Below, piece by piece: positions 54,537 to 64,000 of a DNA stretch of 64,000 nucleotides. The translations under genes were made by a program, and so were the position numbers. Every line of letters starts with the position of its first letter. Position 1 is the first letter of the stretch. The notes below the pieces were generated by a model. It saw nothing but the letters and a program-made list of their open reading frames with translations, was not told the DNA's origin and did not search any database. The DNA comes from Enterobacter sp. (GTDB lineage Bacteria > Pseudomonadota > Gammaproteobacteria > Enterobacterales > Enterobacteriaceae), in NCBI GenBank assembly GCA_022649305.1, contig JALCNW010000009.1, positions 20,059 through 84,058 on the forward strand. Reading direction: 5' to 3'.

Positions 54537-55541
54537 ATGAATACTGAAGCCACTCACGATCAAAATGAAGCACTCTCCACAGGCGTACGTCTTCGCAACG
54601 CCCGTGAACAACTCGGACTCAGCCAGCAAGCTGTTGCAGAACGCTTGTGCCTGAAAGTCTCCACGGTTCGCAACATTGAAGAAGATAAGGCTCCTGCCGA
54701 CCTTGCTTCAACGTTCTTGCGTGGGTATATCCGCTCTTATGCAAAATTGGTGCGAATCCCTGAAGAAGAACTGTTGCCGATGATGGAAAAACAGGCACCG
54801 ATTCGGGCTGCAAAAGTTGCACCGATGCAAACTTTCTCTTTAGGTAAGCGCCGTAAAAAACGCGATGGTTGGCTGATGAGCTTTACCTGGCTGGTGCTGT
54901 TTGTGGTGATTGGCCTGACGGGCGCATGGTGGTGGCAAAATCACAAAGCGCAGCAGGAAGAGATCACGACGATGGCCGATCAGTCCTCCGCCGAGCTCAA
55001 TAATTCCGGTAACGACGGCGCGCAAAGCGTGCCGTTGAATACGGATAGCGCTGGAACGTCAAGCGATCCGCAAACTGCTGCAGCGGATCCGCAGGTCGTT
55101 GAGCCTGTGCCGCTGCAGGAATCAGCCGCTACACCGGACCAGACCCAAACCACTGCGCAAAACGCAGTGGTTTCACCTTCTCAGGCAAATGTTGATACCG
55201 CACCTGTGGCGACACCGTCTACAGGGACGACTCAACCATTACCGACCGATCAAGCTGGCATCGCGGCAACACCCGCAGATTCCAACGCATTGGTGATGAA
55301 TTTCTCTGCCGATTGCTGGTTAGAAGTGACTGACGCGACAGGTAAAAAGCTATTCAGTGGCCTGCAACGTAAAGATGGCACGTTAAATCTAACGGGTCAG
55401 GCACCTTATAAGCTTAAAATTGGCGCTCCGGCTGCGGTGCAGATCCAGTATCAAGGAAAACCTGTCGATCTGAGCCGTTTTATCAGAACTAACCAGGTTG
55501 CGCGTCTTACCGTTAATGCCGAACAATCAGCAGCACAGTAA
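54537..55541 (+). CDS. rodZ: Cytoskeleton protein RodZ
   Basis: 334 aa with N-terminal HTH ([22 protein letters not shown]), a single TM, a P/T/Q-rich linker and a C-terminal periplasmic domain. Confidence 0.95.
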   Translation: MNTEATHDQNEALSTGVRLRNAREQLGLSQQAVAERLCLKVSTVRNIEEDKAPADLASTFLRGYIRSYAKLVRIPEEELLPMMEKQAPIRAAKVAPMQTFSLGKRRKKRDGWLMSFTWLVLFVVIGLTGAWWWQNHKAQQEEITTMADQSSAELNNSGNDGAQSVPLNTDSAGTSSDPQTAAADPQVVEPVPLQESAATPDQTQTTAQNAVVSPSQANVDTAPVATPSTGTTQPLPTDQAGIAATPADSNALVMNFSADCWLEVTDATGKKLFSGLQRKDGTLNLTGQAPYKLKIGAPAAVQIQYQGKPVDLSRFIRTNQVARLTVNAEQSAAQ

Positions 55542-55567
55542 CAGGCGAGTAACGCGGGAGACTTTTC

Positions 55568-56686
55568 ATGCATAATCAGGCTCCGATTCAACGTAGAAAA
55601 TCAAAACGGATTTACGTTGGGAATGTGCCGATTGGCGATGGTGCACCTATCGCCGTCCAGTCGATGACCAACACCCGAACCACGGATGTTGAAGCGACGG
55701 TCAATCAAATCAAAGCATTAGAGCGTGTGGGCGCGGACATTGTTCGCATCTCCGTGCCGACAATGGATGCCGCTGAGGCGTTCAAACTCATCAAACAGCA
55801 GGTCAACGTTCCGCTGGTTGCCGATATCCACTTTGACTATCGCATTGCGCTCAAAGTTGCGGAGTATGGCGTTGATTGCCTGCGTATTAACCCGGGTAAC
55901 ATTGGCAGCGAAGAGCGTATCCGCGCCGTAGTCGATTGCGCCCGCGATAAAAACATTCCTATCCGTATCGGCGTCAACGCCGGGTCGCTGGAAAAAGATC
56001 TCCAGGAAAAATATGGCGAACCTACGCCGCAGGCTCTGCTGGAATCTGCGATGCGCCATGTCGATCATCTTGATCGTCTCAACTTCGATCAGTTCAAAGT
56101 CAGCGTAAAAGCCTCTGATGTGTTCCTGGCCGTCGAGTCTTATCGCTTGCTGGCAAAACAGATTGAACAGCCGCTGCATCTTGGGATTACCGAAGCTGGC
56201 GGAATGCGCAGCGGTTCCGTTAAATCGGCGATTGGTTTGGGGCTGCTGCTTTCCGAAGGTATTGGTGACACGTTGCGCGTTTCGCTGGCAGCGGATCCGG
56301 TCGAAGAGATCAAAGTCGGTTTTGACATACTGAAATCGTTACGTATCCGCGCTCGTGGTATCAACTTCATCGCTTGCCCAACCTGTTCTCGTCAGGAGTT
56401 TGACGTCATCGGTACGGTCAACGCGTTAGAGCAACGTCTCGAAGATCTGATAACCCCGATGGATATCTCTATTATTGGTTGTGTTGTGAACGGTCCGGGC
56501 GAAGCGCTGGTGTCAACCCTTGGGGTGACCGGTGGTAACAAGAAAAGTGGTCTCTATGAAGATGGCATTCGTAAAGATCGTCTGGATAATAACAACATGA
56601 TCGACCAGCTTGAAGCGCGCATCCGCGCCAAAGCCACGATGCTGGATGAAGCACAGCGAATCAGCATTCAGCAGGTTGAAAAATAA
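55568..56686 (+). CDS. ispG: HMBPP synthase (IspG/GcpE)
   Basis: 372 aa beginning [28 protein letters not shown], with cluster Cys motif ACPTCSR...GCVVNGPGE. Confidence 0.98.
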   Translation: MHNQAPIQRRKSKRIYVGNVPIGDGAPIAVQSMTNTRTTDVEATVNQIKALERVGADIVRISVPTMDAAEAFKLIKQQVNVPLVADIHFDYRIALKVAEYGVDCLRINPGNIGSEERIRAVVDCARDKNIPIRIGVNAGSLEKDLQEKYGEPTPQALLESAMRHVDHLDRLNFDQFKVSVKASDVFLAVESYRLLAKQIEQPLHLGITEAGGMRSGSVKSAIGLGLLLSEGIGDTLRVSLAADPVEEIKVGFDILKSLRIRARGINFIACPTCSRQEFDVIGTVNALEQRLEDLITPMDISIIGCVVNGPGEALVSTLGVTGGNKKSGLYEDGIRKDRLDNNNMIDQLEARIRAKATMLDEAQRISIQQVEK

Positions 56687-56744
56687 CGTGATGGGAAGCC
56701 TTGTGCTTCCCGTGTATGATTGAGCCCGTTCTTCGGGTTTTTTT
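56687..56744 (+). ncRNA. sroE: SroE-like 3'-UTR sRNA / ispG terminator region
   Basis: Hairpin GGGAAGC-cttgt-GCTTCCC (56693-711), then a short GCCCG...CGGGT stem with a T7 run (to 56744). It occupies the position of E. coli SroE between ispG and hisS. Confidence 0.45.
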
Positions 56745-56765
56745 GTAAATAGAAAGAGAATAAAC

Positions 56766-58040
56766 GTGGCAAAAAACATTCAAGCCATCCGCGGCATGAA
56801 CGATTATCTGCCTGGCGAAACCGCCATCTGGCAGCGCATTGAAGGCACTCTGAAACAGGTGCTCGGCAGCTACGGTTATAGCGAAATCCGTTTGCCGATT
56901 GTAGAGCAGACCCCGTTATTTAAACGCGCGATCGGCGAAGTGACCGACGTCGTTGAAAAAGAGATGTACACCTTTGAGGACCGCAACGGCGATAGCCTGA
57001 CTCTGCGCCCTGAAGGTACGGCAGGCTGCGTTCGCGCCGGCATCGAACATGGTCTCCTGTACAATCAGGAGCAGCGCCTGTGGTATATCGGCCCGATGTT
57101 CCGCCACGAACGTCCGCAGAAAGGTCGTTATCGCCAGTTTAATCAGCTGGGTGTCGAAGTCTTTGGTCTGCAAGGCCCGGACATTGACGCTGAACTTATC
57201 ATGCTGACCGCGCGCTGGTGGCGTGAACTGGGTATTACTGAACATGTCGCACTAGAGCTGAACTCCATTGGTTCTCTTGAAGCTCGTGCGAACTACCGCG
57301 ATGCGCTGGTGGCATTCCTGGAACAGCATCAGGAAAAGCTGGACGAAGACAGCAAACGCCGTATGTACAGCAACCCGCTGCGTGTTCTGGATTCTAAGAA
57401 TCCTGACGTGCAGGTGCTTCTGAACGATGCTCCTGCGTTGGGTGACTATCTTGATGAAGAGTCCCGCGAGCATTTCGCGGGTCTGTGTCAATTGCTCGAA
57501 GCCGCAGGCATTGCTTATACCGTTAATCAGCGTCTGGTTCGCGGTCTGGATTACTACAACCGCACCGTGTTTGAGTGGGTAACCACCAGTCTCGGCTCTC
57601 AGGGCACCGTCTGTGCTGGCGGTCGTTACGACGGTCTGGTTGAGCAACTTGGCGGTCGTGCCGCTCCTGCGGTAGGCTTTGCGATGGGTCTTGAACGACT
57701 CGTTTTGCTGGTTCAGGCCGTTAATCCGGAATTTAAAGCAGATTCAGTTGTCGATATATACCTGGTGGCCTCAGGTGCGGATACGCAATCTGCGGCAATG
57801 CAGTTTGCCGAACGTGTGCGCGATGCGCTTCCGGGCGTCAAACTGATGACCAACCATGGTGGCGGCAACTTTAAAAAACAATTTGCCCGTGCTGATAAGT
57901 GGGGCGCAAGTATTGCACTGGTGCTGGGTGAGTCCGAAGTGGCTGCTGGCGAAGTCGTGGTAAAAGACTTGCGTTCTGGTGAGCAAACAACGGTAACGCA
58001 GGACGGCGTTGCGGCGCACTTGCGCACTTTACTGGGCTAA
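56766..58040 (+). CDS. hisS: Histidine--tRNA ligase
   Basis: GTG start; 424 aa beginning (M)[21 protein letters not shown], a class II aaRS. Confidence 0.98.
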   Translation: MAKNIQAIRGMNDYLPGETAIWQRIEGTLKQVLGSYGYSEIRLPIVEQTPLFKRAIGEVTDVVEKEMYTFEDRNGDSLTLRPEGTAGCVRAGIEHGLLYNQEQRLWYIGPMFRHERPQKGRYRQFNQLGVEVFGLQGPDIDAELIMLTARWWRELGITEHVALELNSIGSLEARANYRDALVAFLEQHQEKLDEDSKRRMYSNPLRVLDSKNPDVQVLLNDAPALGDYLDEESREHFAGLCQLLEAAGIAYTVNQRLVRGLDYYNRTVFEWVTTSLGSQGTVCAGGRYDGLVEQLGGRAAPAVGFAMGLERLVLLVQAVNPEFKADSVVDIYLVASGADTQSAAMQFAERVRDALPGVKLMTNHGGGNFKKQFARADKWGASIALVLGESEVAAGEVVVKDLRSGEQTTVTQDGVAAHLRTLLG

Positions 58041-58053
58041 GGGGAAGAACAGC

Positions 58054-58674
58054 GTGGAAATGTACGAGAACGAAAACGACCAGGTTGATGCGGTCAAACG
58101 CTTCTTTGCTGAAAACGGCAAAGCCCTGGCTGTTGGGGTTATTTTAGGTGTGGGGGCGCTGATGGGCTGGCGCTACTGGAACAGCCATCAGGCTGATTCC
58201 GCGCGTGGTGCTTCTCTGACTTATGAAAATACGGTCAGCGCAATTCGTGCCGATCAGCCACAAACGCTGGCGGCGGCTCAGAAATTTGCGGCCGACAACA
58301 AAAATACTTATGGCGCACTGGCGTCGCTTGAAGTTGCTCAGCAATTTGTTGATAAGAACGAACTGGACAAAGCGGCTGCACAGCTTCAACAGGGTCTTTC
58401 TGCTGCAAGCGATGACAACCTGAAAGCCGTCATTAACCTGCGTCTGGCCCGTATTCTGGTTCAGCAAAATAAAGCAGATGACGCGCTGAAAACGCTCGAC
58501 ACCATTAAAGGCGAAGGCTTTACGGCCATTGTTGCCGATCTGCGCGGTGAAGCACTGCTCAGCAAAGGCGACAAACAAGGCGCGCGCAGTGCATGGGAAG
58601 CGGGTGTGAAAAGCAACGCCTCACCTGCGTTGAGCGAAATGATGCAGATGAAAATAAATAATTTGTCCGTCTGA
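58054..58674 (+). CDS. yfgM: Ancillary SecYEG translocon subunit YfgM
   Basis: GTG 58054 gives 206 aa beginning (M)EMYENENDQVDAVKRFFAENGKALAVG, with a single TM and TPR-like domain. The ORF-track start at 58009 overlaps hisS. Confidence 0.9.
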   Translation: MEMYENENDQVDAVKRFFAENGKALAVGVILGVGALMGWRYWNSHQADSARGASLTYENTVSAIRADQPQTLAAAQKFAADNKNTYGALASLEVAQQFVDKNELDKAAAQLQQGLSAASDDNLKAVINLRLARILVQQNKADDALKTLDTIKGEGFTAIVADLRGEALLSKGDKQGARSAWEAGVKSNASPALSEMMQMKINNLSV

Positions 58675-58684
58675 GAGGGACCCG

Positions 58685-59863
58685 ATGCAATTGCGTAAAT
58701 TACTTCTGCCAGGACTGCTTTCTGTTACGTTATTGAGTGGTTGTTCACTGTTCAGTGGCGAAGAAGATGTTGTAAAAATGTCCCCGCTGCCGACGGTTGA
58801 AAACCAATTTAGCCCGTCAACGGCGTGGAGTTCATCAGTAGGTAGCGGGATTGGCGATTTTTATTCCAACCTGCACCCAGCTTACGCTGATAGCGTGGTT
58901 TACGCGGCAGACCGTAAAGGTACCGTTCGCGCGTTCAACGCAGATGATGGCAAAGAAGTCTGGTCTGTGAATCTGGCTGAAAAAGACGGCTGGTTCTCTC
59001 GTTCACCAGCACTGCTCTCTGGTGGTGTGACCGTCGCGGGTGGGCATGTGTACATCGGTAGCGAAAAAGCGCAGGTTTATGCCCTGAACAGCAGTGACGG
59101 TTCTATTGCATGGCAAACCCGCGTAGCGGGTGAAGCACTGTCTCGTCCGGTTGTCAGTGACGGCATGGTTCTGATCCACACCAGCAACGGCCAGCTGCAG
59201 GCACTGAATGAAGCTGACGGCCTGGTGAAATGGACCGTGAACCTGGATATGCCTTCACTGTCCCTGCGTGGCGAATCTGCACCGGCTACGGCTTTTGGTG
59301 CGGCAATTGTTGGTGGTGATAACGGTCGCGTGAACGCCGTGTTGATGCAACAAGGCCAGCTGATTTGGCAGCAACGTATTTCTCAGGCTACGGGTTCGAC
59401 TGAAATCGACCGCCTGAGTGACGTAGACACCACGCCGGTAATCGTTGATGGCGTAGTCTATGCGCTGGCCTACAACGGTAATCTGACAGCGATGGATCTG
59501 CGTAGCGGTCAGGTCATGTGGAAACGTGAACTGGGTTCCGTGAACGATTTCATTGTCGAAGGCAATCGTATTTATATGGTCGATCAAAACGATCGGTTGT
59601 TGGCTCTTAACACCGATGGTGGGGTTACGCTGTGGACGCAAAGCGATCTGCTTCACCGTCTGCTGACGGCTCCTGCGCTGTATAACGGCAGCCTGGTTGT
59701 GGGCGATAGCGAAGGCTATATGCACTGGATTGACCCAGAGACCGGTCGCTTCGTTGCACAGGATAAAGTCGATAGCTCAGGCTTCCTGACCGATCCTGTT
59801 GTCGCGGACGGCAAGCTGCTGATTCAGGCAAAAGACGGTACGCTGTACGCAATCACGCGTTAA
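58685..59863 (+). CDS. bamB: Outer membrane protein assembly factor BamB
   Basis: 392 aa with lipobox LLSGCS and PQQ-like beta-propeller repeats. Confidence 0.97.
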   Translation: MQLRKLLLPGLLSVTLLSGCSLFSGEEDVVKMSPLPTVENQFSPSTAWSSSVGSGIGDFYSNLHPAYADSVVYAADRKGTVRAFNADDGKEVWSVNLAEKDGWFSRSPALLSGGVTVAGGHVYIGSEKAQVYALNSSDGSIAWQTRVAGEALSRPVVSDGMVLIHTSNGQLQALNEADGLVKWTVNLDMPSLSLRGESAPATAFGAAIVGGDNGRVNAVLMQQGQLIWQQRISQATGSTEIDRLSDVDTTPVIVDGVVYALAYNGNLTAMDLRSGQVMWKRELGSVNDFIVEGNRIYMVDQNDRLLALNTDGGVTLWTQSDLLHRLLTAPALYNGSLVVGDSEGYMHWIDPETGRFVAQDKVDSSGFLTDPVVADGKLLIQAKDGTLYAITR

Positions 59864-59884
59864 TCGTAGCGTTTGTAGTATAAT

Positions 59885-59915
59885 AAACGGCTCCTGTTAA
59901 CTCAGGAGCCGTTTT
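59885..59915 (+). terminator. Intrinsic terminator 1 after bamB
   Basis: Perfect 12-bp stem AAACGGCTCCTG / CAGGAGCCGTTT with a trailing T. Confidence 0.7.
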
Positions 59916-59927
59916 ACTGTTTTTATA

Positions 59928-59952
59928 AACGTCGCAAAAGCGACGTTATTTT
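59928..59952 (+). terminator. Intrinsic terminator-like hairpin 2 upstream of der
   Basis: AACGTCGC-aaaa-GCGACGTT followed by ATTTT. Confidence 0.6.
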
Positions 59953-59973
59953 GAATTTTATGAGGCTTCAAAC

Positions 59974-61446
59974 ATGGTACCTGTGGTCGCGCTTGTCGGG
60001 CGCCCGAACGTTGGAAAATCCACTCTGTTTAACCGTTTAACACGCACCCGTGATGCGCTGGTTGCGGATTTCCCGGGGCTGACTCGTGACCGTAAGTACG
60101 GTCGTGCTGAAGTGGAAGGACGAGAGTTTATCTGTATCGATACCGGCGGTATCGATGGTACGGAAGATGGTGTCGAGACGCGCATGGCAGAACAATCTCT
60201 GCTGGCGATCGAAGAGGCAGATATTGTGCTGTTTATGGTGGATGCCCGCGCGGGTCTCATGCCAGCCGATACTGCTATCGCAAAACACCTTCGTTCCCGT
60301 GAAAAGCCAACCTTCCTGGTGGCAAACAAAACTGACGGAATTGATGCCGATCAGGCCGTGGCAGATTTCTGGGCTTTAGGCCTGGGCGAAATCTATCCGA
60401 TCGCGGCTTCTCACGGTCGTGGCGTCACCAGCCTGCTCGAAACCGTTCTGATGCCGTGGGTTGATGAAATCAACCCACCGGAAGAAATCGACGAAGACGC
60501 CGCGTATTGGGCACAGTTTGAAGCGGCTGCCGCTGGTGAAGAAGAACCAGAAGATGATTTTAACCCTCAGGATCTGCCAATTAAACTGGCGATCGTGGGT
60601 CGTCCTAACGTGGGCAAGTCTACGCTGACCAACCGTATTCTCGGCGAAGATCGTGTCGTCGTTTACGACATGCCGGGCACCACGCGAGATAGCATCTATA
60701 TTCCGATGCAGCGTGACGAGCGCGAATATGTACTGATCGACACTGCTGGTGTGCGTAAACGTGGGAAAATCACCGATGTGGTGGAAAAATTCTCCGTTAT
60801 CAAAACGCTGCAAGCGATTGAAGATGCCAACGTGGTCATGCTGGTTATTGACGCTCGAGAAGGTATCTCCGATCAGGATCTGTCACTGCTTGGTTTTATC
60901 CTTAATAGCGGACGTTCACTGGTCATCGTCGTTAACAAATGGGACGGCCTGAGCAACGAAGTGCGCGAGCAAGTGAAAGAGATGCTGGACTTCCGTCTGG
61001 GCTTTATCGACTTTGCACGCGTGCACTTTATCTCGGCTCTGCACGGCAGCGGCGTGGGTAACCTGTTCGAATCCGTGCGTGAGGCTTACGACAGCTCCAC
61101 TCGTCGTCAGAGCACCGCGATGCTCACCCGTATCATGGCCATGGCATCAGAAGACCACCAGCCACCGCTGGTGCGCGGTCGCCGCGTGAAGCTGAAATAT
61201 GCGCATGCCGGTGGTTATAACCCGCCAATCGTCGTGATTCACGGCAATCAGGTCAAAGATTTGCCTGATTCCTACAAGCGTTATTTGATGAACTACTTCC
61301 GCAAATCGCTGGACGTAATGGGTACACCTATTCGTATCCAGTTCAAGGAAGGGGAAAACCCGTTTGCCGACAAGCGTAACACCTTAACGCCGAACCAGAT
61401 GCGCAAACGTAAGCGTTTGATTAAACACATCAAAAAAGGTAAGTAA
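59974..61446 (+). CDS. der: Ribosome-associated GTPase Der (EngA)
   Basis: 490 aa with two tandem G domains, each carrying GRPNVGKST, and a C-terminal KH-like domain. Confidence 0.98.
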   Translation: MVPVVALVGRPNVGKSTLFNRLTRTRDALVADFPGLTRDRKYGRAEVEGREFICIDTGGIDGTEDGVETRMAEQSLLAIEEADIVLFMVDARAGLMPADTAIAKHLRSREKPTFLVANKTDGIDADQAVADFWALGLGEIYPIAASHGRGVTSLLETVLMPWVDEINPPEEIDEDAAYWAQFEAAAAGEEEPEDDFNPQDLPIKLAIVGRPNVGKSTLTNRILGEDRVVVYDMPGTTRDSIYIPMQRDEREYVLIDTAGVRKRGKITDVVEKFSVIKTLQAIEDANVVMLVIDAREGISDQDLSLLGFILNSGRSLVIVVNKWDGLSNEVREQVKEMLDFRLGFIDFARVHFISALHGSGVGNLFESVREAYDSSTRRQSTAMLTRIMAMASEDHQPPLVRGRRVKLKYAHAGGYNPPIVVIHGNQVKDLPDSYKRYLMNYFRKSLDVMGTPIRIQFKEGENPFADKRNTLTPNQMRKRKRLIKHIKKGK

Positions 61447-61507
61447 TCACGTTAACTGACCCTTCTCGATACTGGGGCGGGTCAGTTGAAGGTCTGCGAG
61501 GTAAGTT

Positions 61508-61723
61508 ATGGAAGTGAATTGCCCCACCTGCCACAACCCGCTTGAGCTCAATGGGCTTTCAGCGCATTGCGACACCTGCGATCAGGAAATGGCGTTCGAG
61601 GCACTTTGCCCGGAGTGTCATAAGCCAGTTGAGGTGTTAAAAGCCTGCGGGGCGGTTGATTATTTCTGCCAGAACGGCCACGGTTTGATCTCTAAAAAAC
61701 GCGTTGAATTAAAGCCGGTTTAA
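61508..61723 (+). CDS. yfgJ: Zinc-ribbon protein YfgJ
   Basis: 71 aa with CPTC...CDTC and CPEC...C motifs, ending [24 protein letters not shown] as in E. coli YfgJ. Confidence 0.85.
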   Translation: MEVNCPTCHNPLELNGLSAHCDTCDQEMAFEALCPECHKPVEVLKACGAVDYFCQNGHGLISKKRVELKPV

Positions 61724-63093
61724 ACCGGCTTTTTCTTGCGTGTTTTTTTAGCCGGCGTAACGCCTTTCACTTCGCTTTCTACCCATCCGTCTGCCAGACG
61801 GGTCGTGAGTACATCCCCAGTTTTAACCTGTTGAGTCTGCTTAAGCACTTTGCCAGCGGTATCCGTTGTCACGCTATAACCTCGCGCCAGCGTGGAGAGC
61901 GGGCTAACGGCTTCGAGATGGGTCACGGCATTGCCGAACCGCTCACGCGTGGTGCTCAAACGCGCACGCAGGTTGTCGGCCAGACGATATTCAAGCTGCT
62001 GAATGCGGGTCTGGGCGCGATAGATCCTTGGCTGCGGGTTTTGTTGGTTCAAACGCTGAACGCTGCGCTGCTGGCGGGAAACGGCACGTTTGAGCTGATT
62101 ATCCAGCGCAAAATTCATTCGCTGACGCAGGCGGTCCAGTACAGTTTGCTGGCGCGCAAGGCGCAGCTGTGGATGCTGCTGTTGCAGGCGATGATAAAGC
62201 TGGGTAAAGCGGCGATGACGGTTCGCCAGGAAATAGTCCATCGCCATTTCGAGGCGCTGCTGTCCGTTCTGGATCTGGCGTAGCAGTTCAAGCTGATTAC
62301 GACTGACTACCTCGGCGGCGGCCGACGGGGTCGGGGCGCGCAAGTCCGATACAAAATCGGCAATCGTTACGTCAGTTTCGTGTCCCACTGCGCTCACAAC
62401 AGGGATAAGGCTGTCAAAAATCGCTCGTGCCACACGCTCGTCGTTAAAACTCCACAGATCTTCCAGGGAACCGCCACCGCGTCCAACAATGAGGACGTCA
62501 CACTCTTTACGTGCGTTTGCCCGTTCTATGGCCCTGACAATCTGACCTGGCGCATCGTCTCCCTGAACCGCGGTCGGATAGATGATGACGGGCAGGGAAG
62601 GGTCACGACGTTGCAACACATGCAGGATGTCATGCAGTGCTGCACCGGTTTTCGAGGTGATAACACCGACGCAATGCGCCGGAGAGGGAAGCGCCTTTTT
62701 AAACTGCTGATCGAACAGACCTTCTGCCACCAGCTTCGCTTTCAACTGCTCGTATTTTTGTTGGAGCAAGCCTTCGCCCGCAGGCTGCATGCTTTCGACG
62801 ATGATTTGATAATCACCGCGCGGTTCATACAGAGTTATATTGGCGCGAACCAGAACCTGCTGGCCATGCTGGGGCCGAAACGTCACCCGTCGATTGCTGT
62901 TGCGAAACATCGCACAGCGAACCTGGGCATTGTCATCTTTAAGCGTAAAATACCAATGCCCGGATGACGGCTGCGTAAAATTAGAAATCTCACCGCTGAT
63001 CCAAACCTGTCCCATTTCCTGCTCAAGCAGCAAACGAACCGATTGATTAAGGCGGCTAACGGTAAAAATTGAGGGAGTCTGAGAGGATAACAT
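61720..63093 (-). CDS. xseA: Exodeoxyribonuclease VII large subunit
   Basis: 457 aa beginning [39 protein letters not shown], with an OB-fold N-terminus. Confidence 0.97.
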   Translation of the reverse strand: MLSSQTPSIFTVSRLNQSVRLLLEQEMGQVWISGEISNFTQPSSGHWYFTLKDDNAQVRCAMFRNSNRRVTFRPQHGQQVLVRANITLYEPRGDYQIIVESMQPAGEGLLQQKYEQLKAKLVAEGLFDQQFKKALPSPAHCVGVITSKTGAALHDILHVLQRRDPSLPVIIYPTAVQGDDAPGQIVRAIERANARKECDVLIVGRGGGSLEDLWSFNDERVARAIFDSLIPVVSAVGHETDVTIADFVSDLRAPTPSAAAEVVSRNQLELLRQIQNGQQRLEMAMDYFLANRHRRFTQLYHRLQQQHPQLRLARQQTVLDRLRQRMNFALDNQLKRAVSRQQRSVQRLNQQNPQPRIYRAQTRIQQLEYRLADNLRARLSTTRERFGNAVTHLEAVSPLSTLARGYSVTTDTAGKVLKQTQQVKTGDVLTTRLADGWVESEVKGVTPAKKTRKKKPV

Positions 63094-63185
63094 GTGAGCG
63101 AGATCAAATTTTAAATCAGCAGGTTATTCAGTCGATAGTAACCCGCTGAGACACGATCGCAAGCATTTTTTATAAAAAAGTGTAG

Positions 63186-63211
63186 ATGCAATCGGTTACG
63201 CTCTGTATAAT
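63186..63211 (+). promoter_or_regulatory. guaB promoter core with PurR-like box
   Basis: ATGCAATCGGTTACGC (63186-201) resembles a PurR box and overlaps the spacer. TATAAT -10 at 63206-211, followed by a GC-rich discriminator. An A/T tract (TTTTTTATAAAAAA) lies upstream. Confidence 0.6.
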
Positions 63212-63228
63212 GCCACGGCAATATTTAA

Positions 63229-64000
<772 letters not shown>

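Overview
This window is an Enterobacteriaceae chromosomal segment, collinear with and inverted relative to the E. coli K-12 rnc-to-guaB region. The gene order is rnc-era-recO-pdxJ-acpS, yfhL-yfhH, pgpC-tadA, mltF, purL-glmY-glrK-qseG-glrR-glnB, hmp, glyA, hcaT, csiE, suhB, trmJ-iscRSUA-hscBA-fdx-iscX-pepB-sseB, sseA, yfhM-pbpC, ndk-rlmN-rodZ-ispG-hisS-yfgM-bamB-der-yfgJ, xseA and guaB (3' truncated by the window end). I count about 57 intact CDS, one clear sRNA (glmY, with its sigma54 promoter and three GlrR boxes) and one probable 3'-UTR sRNA (sroE-like). I also mapped several classical operators by eye: PurR at purL, glyA and guaB, NsrR at hmp, two IscR type-1 sites, and one perfect FNR box. 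REP-type repeats and intrinsic terminators are present as well. I found no tRNA or rRNA genes, IS elements, integrases, prophage genes, CRISPR arrays or recognisable defence systems. The window is mostly core housekeeping DNA. Compared with my memory of K-12, the non-core content is limited to five small islets. (1) A murQ plus PTS-EIIBC pair sits between yfhH and pgpC. (2) hcaT abuts glyA, with no hca or yph genes between them. (3) A DUF1007 plus NicO-type metal-transporter pair lies between csiE and suhB. (4) An RpiR regulator and a phospho-alpha-glucosidase/PTS pair bracket sseA on the same strand. (5) A four-gene DMSO-reductase-family cluster with a perfect FNR box and an unusual poly-ferredoxin lies between pbpC and ndk. 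Islets 4 and 5 are the most interesting candidates. Neither is demonstrably a new system from sequence alone.
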